Shown here in pieces: positions 8,463-17,973 of a stretch of DNA of 64,000 nt (position 1 is its first letter; every line of letters begins with the position of its first letter). The stretch lies in contig JBOHFI010000028.1 in assembly GCA_050699595.1 (NCBI GenBank), positions 2,427 through 66,426 of the forward strand, read 5' to 3'. The translations under genes and the position numbers were made by a program. A model generated the notes under the pieces. That model was not told the origin of the DNA. It worked only from the letters and a program-made list of their open reading frames with translations, and ran no database searches. Source of the DNA: Pseudonocardiaceae bacterium (lineage in GTDB: Bacteria > Actinomycetota > Actinomycetes > Mycobacteriales > Pseudonocardiaceae).

Positions 8463-9233
8463 GTGAGCGTCGAAGCCGATCTGGTCCTGGGCTCGTACTC
8501 GAAGTGGCTGAAAAGTACGTCCAAGGTAGAAGTGCCGGAAAGCGGAGTGACCGAGCTCACGACGCCGTTTTTAGATCGTCACAATGATCACTTGCAGATC
8601 TACGCCGAAAAACGATCTCCCGACCTTTTTCTTCTGACCGACGATGGCTATATCGTGGCCGAACCGAAGTCGAGCGGAGTGGGCAGCCGGGGGCCGAGGC
8701 GGGAGGAGCTGCTGGGACGCCTCTTGGCTGGTCACGGCGTTGCCCTCCGGGAGTCGGAGCTCCAGATCGAGGCCAGCGCCAGCAACCTGGGTCAACGGAT
8801 TCATGGCCTGGTGCAGGCGATGATCAGTGTAGACGACATGTTCATGCTGGCGCAGCCGGCGGTTCAGGGAATCTTCGCGGAAGACGTCGGCAAGTTCTTG
8901 GATGATCACGGCGTGCGTTACGCGCCTCACGTTAAGTTCGGCGGCCGTAGCGGATTAGACCATCTGATGGATTTCGTTATCCCCAAGTCGAGATCTGCTC
9001 CCGAAAGAGTGCTGCAAGTGCTTAACACTCCACGTCGGGATCGTGTTGACAGCCTTTTGTTCGCTGTTGGTGACACGAAGCCGTCCCGGGGTGGCGACGT
9101 CGCATACTACGCTCTGGTGAACGATTCACGGCGCAAGGTGCAGCCGGAGATCCTGCACGCCCTGGCCGAGTATTCGGTGAAGGCTCGTGCTTGGTCTGAC
9201 CGAGATGAGCTCGTTGGCCAGCTGGCGGCCTGA
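8463..9233 (+). CDS. DUF1828/DUF1829-like protein (function unknown)
   Basis: 256 aa. The N-terminal TPFLDRHNDHLQIY block recalls DUF1828. The gene and its upstream region (8390-9100) are markedly lower in GC than the flanks. Confidence 0.55.
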   Translation: MSVEADLVLGSYSKWLKSTSKVEVPESGVTELTTPFLDRHNDHLQIYAEKRSPDLFLLTDDGYIVAEPKSSGVGSRGPRREELLGRLLAGHGVALRESELQIEASASNLGQRIHGLVQAMISVDDMFMLAQPAVQGIFAEDVGKFLDDHGVRYAPHVKFGGRSGLDHLMDFVIPKSRSAPERVLQVLNTPRRDRVDSLLFAVGDTKPSRGGDVAYYALVNDSRRKVQPEILHALAEYSVKARAWSDRDELVGQLAA

Positions 9234-9413
9234 CGAGCGGAGAGGGCGCAGGCGTGGCTCGGAAAGCAAGCTCGCACCCAGCCCACCGGCCGACGGCCAG
9301 AACGCCGCAGCTCTTGACCTGGCAGTCCGCTGGCACGGCAGGGAGTGCCGGACGAGCAGCCTGATCAGCGGTTAGGCGCTTACGAGGTGGCCGTCCCCTG
9401 CGAGACTTGCGAG

Positions 9414-9635
9414 TGGAAGCGGTCACTTGAGCGAGCAGGAGTGCCGGAACGCCGGTTGCACGACGCTCGGCATACGGCCGCCACGGTGCTGCTTGGAGTG
9501 CCGGATCGGGCGGTGATGGACGTCATGGAGTGGGCGCAGGTCACCATGACCAAGCGCTATCAGCACATCACCAGCGAGCCGACGACCATGATCGCCGACC
9601 GCACCGAACTCACCGCCCTGCTCCACGGCCACTAA
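9414..9635 (+). pseudogene. tyrosine recombinase C-terminal remnant adjacent to tRNA-Ser
   Basis: WKRSLERAGVPERRLHDARHTAATVLLGVPDRAVMDVMEWAQVTMTKRYQHI contains the H-x-x-R and catalytic Y region of tyrosine integrases. About 250 N-terminal residues are missing. Confidence 0.6.
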
Positions 9636-9903
9636 CACCCGCTGCGTACCTACCCCCGCCTCAAGGTGAGTAATCCGACTACTGGACCAGACCCACTCGC
9701 GCGCGGGCTTGCGACAGCTACGGGACAAACTCGACGAACACCAGGTGGGACCGGGCGCCTGACAATGGACCGCGCAGCCCGGGCCTCACCTGGCCCCCGA
9801 ACTGCCGATGTACACGCCTCAACGTCTCCAGAAACGCAACCGCCAGCACGAACGTCGGGGGAAGCGACCGCGCCCAGCCCGACATTCGTGCAGGTCAGCA
9901 CTG

Positions 9904-9988
9904 CGGAAGCGGAGGGATTCGAACCCACGGTGCCTTGCGGCACGCTCGCTTTCAAGGCGAGTGCATTAGACCGCTCTGCCACGCTTCC
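9904..9988 (-). tRNA. tRNA-Ser (anticodon UGA), class II with long variable arm
   Basis: The reverse complement folds by hand. Acceptor GGAAGCG/CGCTTCC, 3-bp D stem GCA/TGC, anticodon stem CTCGC/GCGAG with loop CTTGAAA (UGA). Variable arm GTGCC-GCAA-GGCAC and T loop TTCGAAT, with one U-U mismatch in the T stem. CCA is not encoded. Confidence 0.88.
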
Positions 9989-9999
9989 CGTCAGCCACG

Positions 10000-10974
10000 T
10001 TAGCGCAGCGACACCCGCTGCTCCGCCACGTCGGCCAGCTCGGTGCGGGGGACGCATCCGCGCCAGACTCGGTAGTCGACCTCCGCGAGACCGAGTTCAG
10101 CCGCCCTCGGTCCGTCGGGCCCGACGTAGTGGATCACTGCATGCTCCGGCTCGGCGTCCACCAGCTCGACTGGCAGGTCGTTCCACTTTCCGCACCAGCG
10201 AACCACATCGAGGGAGTCGAGCTCGTCGATCATCACCGTTAGCGTGTAGGCGCCGGCCTGGTCGGTGAAGTCCTCGTCGGGTCGCTGGCCGGGCAACGGG
10301 TGCAGCGTCACCTCGCCAGGGCGGGGGCCGAAGTCGGCGTCGAAGTCCCCGCCCTGGTATAGCGCGACCAGACCACGCCGCACGCTGGGCCGCAACGGTG
10401 CCGGTGGCCGGTTCCAGCCCGCCGGGCCGAGCATCGCGGGTCCGGTGCTGACCCAGCCGATCTGCCGGTTCAGGTAGGCGCCCACTCGCTGCTCGTCACC
10501 CTGGGAATCGATCCGCCACAGCTCGGTACCGGCCGGAAGCTCGATCAGATCCACCTGGTAGATGCCGCACTCGAACGGGGCGATGTAGAGCTGCGGGCTG
10601 TGTGCGTAGAAGCGCAGCACGTACAGTTCGTCGGTGATCGGCCAGCCCGTCACCTGGTGCAAACCCAGGAGATGGGCAAGCTCGGAGGACGAGCCCGCTG
10701 GAACGTCCTCCAGCCGCATCACGAAACCGGAGATCCGGTGTGGGTCGAAGCGCCGGGGCACCATCACGTTGCCCAGCGTCAGCTCTACCAAACCCGGCAG
10801 CACGACCTTCTGCATCGCGGTGTCCGCAGTCAGCTCACATACCTGATCGGGCACCCTCAGCGGGGGTGGCGCGGGCGCGAAACGTACTCCGGCGGGCGCG
10901 TGCTCCGGGCCCAGCGTCGAGGCCCTGTCGGTGCGCAACCCATCGGCTGCCACCCCTGCTACTGGATCTGTCAT
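10000..10974 (-). CDS. hypothetical protein
   Basis: ORF 10000..11151 trimmed to ATG 10974 (MTDPVAGV...). Codon usage looks coding and I recognise no domain. Confidence 0.55.
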   Translation of the reverse strand: MTDPVAGVAADGLRTDRASTLGPEHAPAGVRFAPAPPPLRVPDQVCELTADTAMQKVVLPGLVELTLGNVMVPRRFDPHRISGFVMRLEDVPAGSSSELAHLLGLHQVTGWPITDELYVLRFYAHSPQLYIAPFECGIYQVDLIELPAGTELWRIDSQGDEQRVGAYLNRQIGWVSTGPAMLGPAGWNRPPAPLRPSVRRGLVALYQGGDFDADFGPRPGEVTLHPLPGQRPDEDFTDQAGAYTLTVMIDELDSLDVVRWCGKWNDLPVELVDAEPEHAVIHYVGPDGPRAAELGLAEVDYRVWRGCVPRTELADVAEQRVSLR

Positions 10975-11140
10975 CAGCTCCACCACTCGCCGCCAGGATG
11001 CCCGTCCACATTGGTGAGGCCGGGCTGGGTGCGGGGAACCTACTACGCCATTCGGCGCAAGCCCGCCGGGAGGGGGTTGCCCGCCCGGCGGAAGGGTTTG
11101 ATATCCGCGACAGCCGCACCGACGCACCCACTGGGGTGGA

Positions 11141-11611
11141 TCACTGCCCAAGCAGGTGGCTCGTCACCCGCTCGAAGACCTCGGTCAGCAGGAGTCGTTC
11201 CTGGTCGGAGAGCAGATCGACCAGGTTGTCCCGGACGCCGCGGACATGGGTGGGGGCCGCGCTGCTCAGCACCTCCTGGCCGTGGTTGGTGAGCACCGCG
11301 AGCACTCCCCGCCGGTCACCCGGGCACTCCTCGCGGCGCACCAGCCCGGTTTTCTCCATCCGCCCGATCTGATGGGAGATCCGGCTCTTGGACGACGCGA
11401 CCTGCCCGGCCAGCGTGCTCATCCGGACCTGCCCGCCGGGCGCCTCGGCCAGCCGGACCAGCAATTCGTAGTCGGCCAGTCCCAGCTGGTGCGCCTCCTG
11501 CAAGTCACGGTTCAGCTGGGCATCGAGCAGCGTCTTGCCCAGCACGTAGGCGCGCCAGGCGCGCATCTCCTCAGCATTGAGCCAGCACAGCTGGCCATTC
11601 CCCCCGACCAC
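11141..11611 (-). CDS. MarR-family transcriptional regulator
   Basis: LGLADYELLVRLAEAPGGQVRMSTLAGQVASSKSRISHQIGRMEKTGLVRREECPGDRRGVLAVLT is a typical winged-helix MarR core. Confidence 0.85.
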   Translation of the reverse strand: MVGGNGQLCWLNAEEMRAWRAYVLGKTLLDAQLNRDLQEAHQLGLADYELLVRLAEAPGGQVRMSTLAGQVASSKSRISHQIGRMEKTGLVRREECPGDRRGVLAVLTNHGQEVLSSAAPTHVRGVRDNLVDLLSDQERLLLTEVFERVTSHLLGQ

Positions 11612-11620
11612 CCATTCAGA

Positions 11621-12799
11621 CTAACTGACGCTCTCCCGGACGACGCTGTGTGCGCCCAATTCTTGCGGGCAGGCGTAGCCGGCCAGGGCCAGCGTCAGAT
11701 CGAGATCACCGAGGAGCACCCGCAGCACGTGCTCCACCCCGCGCTGCCCGGCCAACCCGAGCCCGTACACCCAGGGCCGTCCCAGCAGCACCGCGCGCGC
11801 ACCCAGCGCCAGCGCGATCACCACGTCGGCGCCGCACCGGATCCCGGAGTCCAGCAGCACCGGGGCCCGCTCGCCGACGGCGGCCAGTACGTCGGGCAGG
11901 CAGTCCAGCGCGGCCCGTGCCCCGTCGACCTGCCGGCCGCCGTGATTGGACACCACCACCGCGTCGGCACCGTGGTCCAGCGCGGCTCGGGCGTCATCGG
12001 GGTGGCAGATCCCCTTGACCAGCACCGGCAGCCGGGTCCACTGGCGCAGCAGCGACAGGTCCGACCAGGCCAGCGCCGGATTGCCGAACAGCTCCACCCA
12101 TGTGCGCACGGCCAGCTGCATGGCCCGCTCCGACTCCTCGGGTAGGGCGTCCAGCCGGGATCGGAACACCGGGTCGGACAGGTAGTTCGCGATGGCCTCG
12201 GCGCGCAGGAACGGCAGGTGCGCAAGCTGGAGATCACGCGGTCGCCAGCCCAGCGTCCAGGTGTCCACGGTGACCACAATGGCCCGGTATCCGGCCGCCT
12301 CGGCGCGGCGGACCAGTGACTCGGCCACCTCCGGGTCGCGTGGCCAGTACAGCTGAAACCAGCGGAGCGCATCCGGGGCCGCGGCGGCGGCCTCCTCCAG
12401 CGTCGTGGTCGACAAGGTGGACAGCACGCTGGTCAGCCCCAGCGCGGCGACCGCGCGGGTGACGGCGAGGTCGGCGTCGGGGTGCACGAGGCCGAGCGCC
12501 CCGATCGGCGCGGTGAGCACCGGAGCCGTCATCGGCGTGCCCATCACGGTGGTGGACAGATCACGCGCGATGACGCCGCGCAGCATCCGCGGCACGATCC
12601 GCCACCGGGCGAACGCCTCCCGGTTCGCGGCGATGGTGCGCTCGGTGGACGCCCCACCGGCCACGTAGCTGAACGCCTCAGCCGGCAACGCATTCCGCGC
12701 CGCGGCCTCCAGACCGTCGGCGGTCATCGGCAGATCCGGTCGTTCCCCGGCGAGTCCCCGCAGGTAGATCTCGTTCGCCAGGTCACCGAAATGAGCCAT
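11621..12799 (-). CDS. FMN-dependent alpha-hydroxy-acid oxidising enzyme (lactate 2-monooxygenase / L-lactate dehydrogenase family)
   Basis: 392 aa with ...FSYVAGGASTERTIAANREAFARWRIVPRMLRGV... and C-terminal VVSNHGGRQVDGA...DSGIRCGADVVIALALGA motifs of the FMN_dh family. Confidence 0.85.
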   Translation of the reverse strand: MAHFGDLANEIYLRGLAGERPDLPMTADGLEAAARNALPAEAFSYVAGGASTERTIAANREAFARWRIVPRMLRGVIARDLSTTVMGTPMTAPVLTAPIGALGLVHPDADLAVTRAVAALGLTSVLSTLSTTTLEEAAAAAPDALRWFQLYWPRDPEVAESLVRRAEAAGYRAIVVTVDTWTLGWRPRDLQLAHLPFLRAEAIANYLSDPVFRSRLDALPEESERAMQLAVRTWVELFGNPALAWSDLSLLRQWTRLPVLVKGICHPDDARAALDHGADAVVVSNHGGRQVDGARAALDCLPDVLAAVGERAPVLLDSGIRCGADVVIALALGARAVLLGRPWVYGLGLAGQRGVEHVLRVLLGDLDLTLALAGYACPQELGAHSVVRESVS

Positions 12800-12857
12800 A
12801 CCAGCACCCTAAGCCCAGCAACGGCCACCGGACGGGCATAGCCGCAACCTGCCAGAT

Positions 12858-13856
12858 GTGCGGCGACTACTGTCAGGGACCGTGCGTGCGATCACGATCA
12901 CCGAGTACGGCGACCCGGCGGTGCTGCGCCTGGCCGAGGTGCCCGACCCCCGGCCGGGCCCCGGTGAGGTACTGATCGACGTGGTCGCGACCTCGGTCAA
13001 CCGGGCCGACCTGCTGCAACGGCAGGGCCGGTACACCCCGCCGCCCGGGGCCAGCGAGATCCTCGGGCTGGAGTGCGCCGGCACGGTGGCCGAGCTCGGC
13101 GACGGTGTGGCCGGGTTCGCGGTAGGCGATGAGGTGTGCGCCTTGCTGGCCGGCGGGGGTTACGCCGAGCGGGTCGCCGTGCCCGCCGGGCAGGTGATGC
13201 CGCTGCCGCCCGGGGTCGATGTGGTCACCGCGGGTGGTATTCCGGAGGTGGCCGCCACGGTGTGGTCGACGGTGGTGCGCCACGCCGGGCTCGCCGCCGG
13301 GGAGCTGCTGCTGGTACATGGCGGCTCCGGCGGTGTGGGCACCCACGCGATCCAGGTGGGCAGGGCGCTGGGGGCGCGGGTGGTGACCACGGCGTCGGCG
13401 GCCCGGCTGACGCGCTGCGCGGAGCTGGGTGCTGAGATCCTGATCGACTACCGCGAGCAGGACTTCGCCGCGCAGCTTGCCGGCCGCGTCGACGTCATCC
13501 TCGACAACATGGGCGCCAAGTATCTGTCCGGCAATCTCGCCGCGCTCGCCCCGGACGGGCGACTGTTGGTGATCGGTCTGCAAGGCGGTACGACCGCCGA
13601 GCTGAATCTCGGCGCGCTGCTGCCCAAGCGGATCAGCGTCGCGGCCATCGGGCTGCGCGGGCGGCCGGTGGACGGTCCGCACGGCAAAGCCGTCCTCTGC
13701 GCCGACGTCATCGCCCGGTTGTGGCCGATGTTCGGTGACGGTCGGGTAGCACCCGTGGTGCACGCGAGCGTCCCCTTGGCGCAGGCCGCGCAGGCGCACC
13801 AGATGCTCGAGGCCGGCGGCGTCGTCGGCAAGATCTTGCTGACCACCCGCGGCTGA
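12858..13856 (+). CDS. NAD(P)H:quinone oxidoreductase (medium-chain reductase, zeta-crystallin type)
   Basis: VRAITITEYGDPAVLRLAEVPDPRPGPGEVLIDVVATSVNRADLLQRQGRYTPPPGAS..ILGLECAG and LLVHGGSGGVGTHAIQ. The start may be a downstream GTG. Confidence 0.85.
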   Translation: MRRLLSGTVRAITITEYGDPAVLRLAEVPDPRPGPGEVLIDVVATSVNRADLLQRQGRYTPPPGASEILGLECAGTVAELGDGVAGFAVGDEVCALLAGGGYAERVAVPAGQVMPLPPGVDVVTAGGIPEVAATVWSTVVRHAGLAAGELLLVHGGSGGVGTHAIQVGRALGARVVTTASAARLTRCAELGAEILIDYREQDFAAQLAGRVDVILDNMGAKYLSGNLAALAPDGRLLVIGLQGGTTAELNLGALLPKRISVAAIGLRGRPVDGPHGKAVLCADVIARLWPMFGDGRVAPVVHASVPLAQAAQAHQMLEAGGVVGKILLTTRG

Positions 13857-13884
13857 CGTGATGTGGGGAGCGGAGGATGGGGTC

Positions 13885-14451
13885 ATGAGCGAACCGGATG
13901 AGCAGCAGGTCATCGTGATCGGGCCGGACGGCAGACCGGTGCACACGACGTCGATGCCGCTGGGGATGATGCCCGGCGGCGATTCTTACGACCAGCGCGG
14001 GTTGGAGGTCGCTGAGCAGGTCGAGCAACCCGCCAAGGTGATGCGGATCGGCAGCATGATCAAACAGCTGCTGGAGGAGGTGCGCGCCGCGCCGCTGGAC
14101 GATGCCAGCCGCAACCGGCTACGGGACATCCACGAGTCCTCGATCCGTGAGCTGGAGCAGGGCCTGGCCCCCGAGCTGCGCGAGGAACTGGAGCGGCTGT
14201 CCCTGCCGTTCAGCGAGGACTCCACACCCAGTGACGCCGAACTGCGGATCGCGCAGGCGCAGCTGGTGGGCTGGCTGGAGGGCCTGTTCCACGGCATCCA
14301 GACCGCCCTGTTCGCCCAGCAGATGGCCGCCCGGGTACAGCTGGAACAGATGCGCCGAGGCCTCCCCGCCGGCACCATTCCTCCCGGCATGCACTCCCAC
14401 GACACCCACCCCACTGAACCCGGCCCTCGGGGCACCGGCCAATACCTCTGA
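13885..14451 (+). CDS. bpa: bacterial proteasome activator (Bpa/PafE family)
   Basis: ATG 13885 after ggaggatgggg. AKVMRIGSMIKQLLEEVRAAPLD...LRIAQAQLVGWLEGLFHGIQTALFAQQM and a C-terminal GQYL, the proteasome-docking motif of this family. Confidence 0.8.
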   Translation: MSEPDEQQVIVIGPDGRPVHTTSMPLGMMPGGDSYDQRGLEVAEQVEQPAKVMRIGSMIKQLLEEVRAAPLDDASRNRLRDIHESSIRELEQGLAPELREELERLSLPFSEDSTPSDAELRIAQAQLVGWLEGLFHGIQTALFAQQMAARVQLEQMRRGLPAGTIPPGMHSHDTHPTEPGPRGTGQYL

Positions 14452-15331
14452 TCCGGCGCCGGCTCCCATGCACAGTGAGTCTGGCTGCTGTACACGGTGC
14501 GTCAACCAGTGGCAGGCTTGGGCGCGCAGTGGTCGGCACCGGAAGTCCGTCGGGGGTTGATGGTGACAGCAGGTGTGCACGCCCTAGCTCAGGGCCCGGC
14601 CTGTAACAACGTCAGCCACAGTCACGACCACAGCCGAGCCCCCTGCGAACGCGCCCTGGGGCTGGTGTGTCGTGAACTCGACGCCATGCACGTTTCGCCC
14701 CACAGGTCGGTCTCGTCGAGTTCACGGCGCTAAGCCACGCTGGTGATAGTGACCACAGTGAGGATCGGCGAGACCAAAGCCGCGAACACGGAATATCGGG
14801 CAGGTCCGGTCCGGCGGCGGTGAAAAGACCGGAGCGCATCGCCGACTTCGGCGCGCTGCGCGGTAGCACCGCCTTGCTGTGGTGCGGCCTCGTCTTGGTG
14901 GTCGCGGTATCCAGCACGTTCGCGGGCGCGATGCTTGGTGCGGGGCTGATGGACCGCTCCCGCTCCGTCTCCCGTAGCGACTACCTTGCTACCCGAAACT
15001 GTTCTCTCGCTCTTGCTGTTGCCCTCTCCCCAGCACAAGACCAAACTATGTTTGTGAAATTCGGGAGCCTGCGGGTGCTCCACAGCCGCCAACCGGCGGG
15101 CGGTCAGCAGCGTGGCCGCATGGTCACGCCCTCGGACCGGGTATCCGTAGCTGTGGTGGTGGGACCGTGGTGACGGTGGGGAAACGTGGTTTCGTGAGCG
15201 GATCCTGGGGCTGGCGGGCTGGCCAAGCTGGTCGCGTGACTCTTCTACGACCTCACCCCGGCCCCCGTCGGGCCTGGAGTGCTGCCGCCAACTCTGGATC
15301 GACCTAACATCAACTGACAGGAGGGGACGTC

Positions 15332-15823
15332 ATGCACAGCAAGGTCACTATCTTCGGTCACCCGGTACATCCCATGCTGGTCGCCTACCCCATCGCGTTC
15401 AACACCGCAACGCTGGTCGGCTTCATCATCGATGGGGTAAACCCGGAGTTGTTCTGGCTGAAGCTGACCATCGCCCTCAACGCCGCTGCCGTGGTGATGG
15501 CGGTCGTCGCCGCCGTCCCTGGCTTCATCGACTGGGCGGCGGGCATTCCGAGTGGAACCCCGGCCAAACTCACGGGGCGGATCCACATGGGGCTCAACGT
15601 GGCGGCGTTGGTGCTGTTCATCATCAGTTTCTTCGCCTACTACCGATACTGGAGCGGTCCCGCTGATGTTGGGGCAACGCTGGGGATCGTGCTGGCCGCG
15701 ATCGGCGTGGCGCTGACTGTCGCAGCGGGCTTCCAAGGCTGGGCACTGATCCAGAATCACCACGTCGGCGTCCGACTGACACCTGACCAGCAGCGGCTAG
15801 ATCGAGAAGCACAACCACGCTGA
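15332..15823 (+). CDS. DUF2231-type integral membrane protein
   Basis: MHSKVTIFGHPVHPMLVAYPIAF... followed by four predicted TM helices. RBS ggagggg lies upstream. Confidence 0.75.
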   Translation: MHSKVTIFGHPVHPMLVAYPIAFNTATLVGFIIDGVNPELFWLKLTIALNAAAVVMAVVAAVPGFIDWAAGIPSGTPAKLTGRIHMGLNVAALVLFIISFFAYYRYWSGPADVGATLGIVLAAIGVALTVAAGFQGWALIQNHHVGVRLTPDQQRLDREAQPR

Positions 15824-16048
15824 TATCGTCGGGTGGACGGTGTTGCGGATCAGTTGACCGCGATCAGTTCGGCTGGGCGAACGCGGCGAGCAGGCCCCTG
15901 AGGAGCCCGTCGAGCAGGCGCAGGTTCATTCCGCACACGAGTTCGGTGTATTTCCGCGCCAGGGTGTGAAAGGGGCAGTTAGCGAGCGTAACGTCGTCGC
16001 CTTCGGTACGCGGTTCGAAAACGAAGTCCGGCGACGAGGAGGCGTGAG

Positions 16049-16585
16049 ATGAGCGAGCAGCTGGTGGTAGTCGGTGTCGGCGGCTCCCCGGCCAGTTACA
16101 CGGCGCTGCGATGGACTCTGGCGCATGCCGGGTGCACCGGCGCCTGGGTGTGTGCGGTCCGCTGATGGACGCCGATATTGGCGAGGGGGTGGGAAGCGGC
16201 GGTCACCTCCGAACCGGTGCCACCCATCGCTGAACAGGAAGCGCGGGCCGAGCGGGAACTCGCGCAGGTCGTGGCGGCTGCACTGGCACGGGTCACCAAT
16301 GCGGCGACGCGGGTGACCGTGCGGCACAAGGTGGTCCGCGGGCCGGCTGGTCCGGTGCTCATCTCCCAGGCCGTTGGTGCTGACTTGCTGGTCGTCGGCC
16401 ACGGCCACCGGTCGATCGACATGCTGCACCGCTCGGTGAGCTGGTACTGCGCGCTGCGCGCGGCCTGCCCGGTGCTGGTCATTCCCCCCGCGATGGCCAC
16501 CCGGAGGACACTGGTTCCGGCGGCTATCGATCGCCACCGGCTCGCCGACCCCGCAGTGCCACTGGCAGACACCACCAAGAGCTGA
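16049..16585 (+). pseudogene. universal stress protein (UspA family) interrupted by an in-frame TGA at 16163-16165
   Basis: ATG 16049 after gaggagg. MSEQLVVVGVGGSPASYTALRWTLAHAG...VCAVR-TGA-WTP... continues in the same frame to ...GADLLVVGHGHR...VSWYCALRAACPVLVIP. Confidence 0.6.
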
Positions 16586-16618
16586 GGCAATGGTATTTCC
16601 GGTTGGTCGGCGTGTGGG

Positions 16619-17347
16619 TTAACCGGCGGTGAGTTCAACGCAGCACCTGCCGGCGCGGGGGGCCAGTACGGCGGTGACGGTGGAGGCCTGCAGGGCGTCG
16701 AGGAAGCCGGTGAGGAACGCGTGGTTGATACCGCAGACCAGCTGTGGTGCCCTGCTGGCCAAGGGCTGGAATGGGCAGTTGTGCAAGCGCAGGAGCAGGG
16801 GAGTGGCCCGATCGGGTTCAAAGCCATACTGAGCGAGGGTTCTGGTGGCCAGGGTCAGCGCGCGTTCGGCGCCTAGGCGCCCTCGCCGGGCTTGCTCGCG
16901 TTCGGCGGCGCCGAGTTCGGCGCCGCGGTGACGGGCGACCTGGAGAGCCGCCTCGCGACCGGTCTTGCTCTGATCTTCGGCGAGTAAGGCATCAATGAGG
17001 ATGCCGGCCAGCAGATCGTGCTCCCTGGCCGGGATGCTGATCCGCACCTGGGCGTCGGTGGGCTCGTAGACCTTCGGAGTACGACCCACTTTGCGGATCC
17101 CGCCGACCGGCTCATAGCGAGCTCGCAGCAGTCCCACCTCGACCAGCTTGTCCAGGTGGAACGCAGCCAGCCTGCGGGAAATCCCCACACTTGTGGCGGC
17201 CTCCTCTCGGCTGACCGGGCGGCGAGTCTGGCGGATGAACCCATACATCCGCCGCCGTAGCTCGTCGCTCAGCGCCGCCACGGCTACCAGCGCGGTTGCG
17301 GCAGGCAGGTGATCGGGCCTGGCACGGGAGGGAGTTGCGGGATCCAC
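16619..17347 (-). CDS. winged-helix (ArsR-like) transcriptional regulator
   Basis: LSDELRRRMYGFIRQTRRPVSREEAATSVGISRRLAAFHLDKLVEVGLLRARY... and C-terminal LHNCPF...VCGINHAFLTGFL. Confidence 0.7.
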   Translation of the reverse strand: MDPATPSRARPDHLPAATALVAVAALSDELRRRMYGFIRQTRRPVSREEAATSVGISRRLAAFHLDKLVEVGLLRARYEPVGGIRKVGRTPKVYEPTDAQVRISIPAREHDLLAGILIDALLAEDQSKTGREAALQVARHRGAELGAAEREQARRGRLGAERALTLATRTLAQYGFEPDRATPLLLRLHNCPFQPLASRAPQLVCGINHAFLTGFLDALQASTVTAVLAPRAGRCCVELTAG

Positions 17348-17973
17348 GATCCCACCTTAACGGCGGCGCTTCTCATCGAAAATCCCGGACGGCACTCTTC
17401 CACGGCTCTATTGACCCCGAGCGCCGGATAGTGCCAAACTTACCTGGAGAAATAAGTGGCCACACCCTGCTGGCATCACACCCGGCGCGCGGACTAGGCG
17501 ATCATGCATGTGTGGCGTGCACCGCAGCACCGGGGCCCTGCCACTGCCCCTCACCACGACCCCTCGCGGACCGCTCACCTGGGTGCGCCCACCCGAAGCG
17601 GGCGCACTGGGGCTGTGCCGGGAATTCGAGGTGTTCGCGGCACTGCGCACCGCGCTGCGCGGGGCGGCCACCGTGGGTCGGGGCTCGCCGAGCTGCCCCG
17701 CCATCCGTCCTCGGTCATTCCCGCTGAGCGGCGCTTCCCGCGAGCCTCGAAGAGGAAACGGGAAACAGCGTGGAAGCCTATGACCGCGAGGGATTCTTTG
17801 CCAGGATCGGAGGCGAATTTCCGGCGAGAGTCGACCATGGGACGGTGATGAATGCGGTGGAGGCCATGCGGTGGCCAGCGCATGTGCGGTGATGACGACT
17901 CGCGGTAAGCCCGGGGCCGCTCGTACTGGGCCGTGTGAGTGATTCGTTTTTCTCGCGAGTGCGTGGAGGTGGG

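Larger units (their letters stand above)
7025..9903. mobile_element. ~2.9-kb remnant genomic islet integrated at tRNA-Ser(UGA)
   Basis: Bounded by the partial tRNA copy (6971-7024) and the intact tRNA (9904-9988). It carries an integrase remnant next to the tRNA, a transposase fragment, a TA-like pair and a low-GC DUF1828/1829-like gene. Confidence 0.65.

Noticed and set aside
9650-10268. ORFs 9650..10057 (-) and 9666..10268 (+) overlapping the tRNA-Ser gene
   Set aside because: They run through a well-folding tRNA and an intergenic region, and the translations are low complexity.
12873-13946. 357-aa minus-strand ORF opposite the quinone oxidoreductase gene
   Set aside because: It is a shadow ORF for the same reasons as the others.
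14452-15331. ORFs in the bpa-DUF2231 gap (14497..14733, 14612..14917, 14730..15092, 14820..15173)
   Set aside because: They are mutually overlapping on both strands, with no motifs, no clear RBS and mixed composition. A small membrane protein (14820..15173 has one hydrophobic stretch) is possible, but I cannot support a call.
16163-16165. In-frame TGA in the USP gene read as selenocysteine
   Set aside because: I found no convincing SECIS-type hairpin immediately downstream, only a weak GGTG/CACC pairing. I know of no selenoprotein members of the USP family. A nonsense mutation or an error is more parsimonious.
17348-17973. 625-nt intergenic region as a possible ncRNA or riboswitch
   Set aside because: It has only a short 8-bp hairpin (about 17582-17606), and I recognise no conserved RNA motif. 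The ORFs here are low-complexity. It is more likely a degraded remnant or promoter region.
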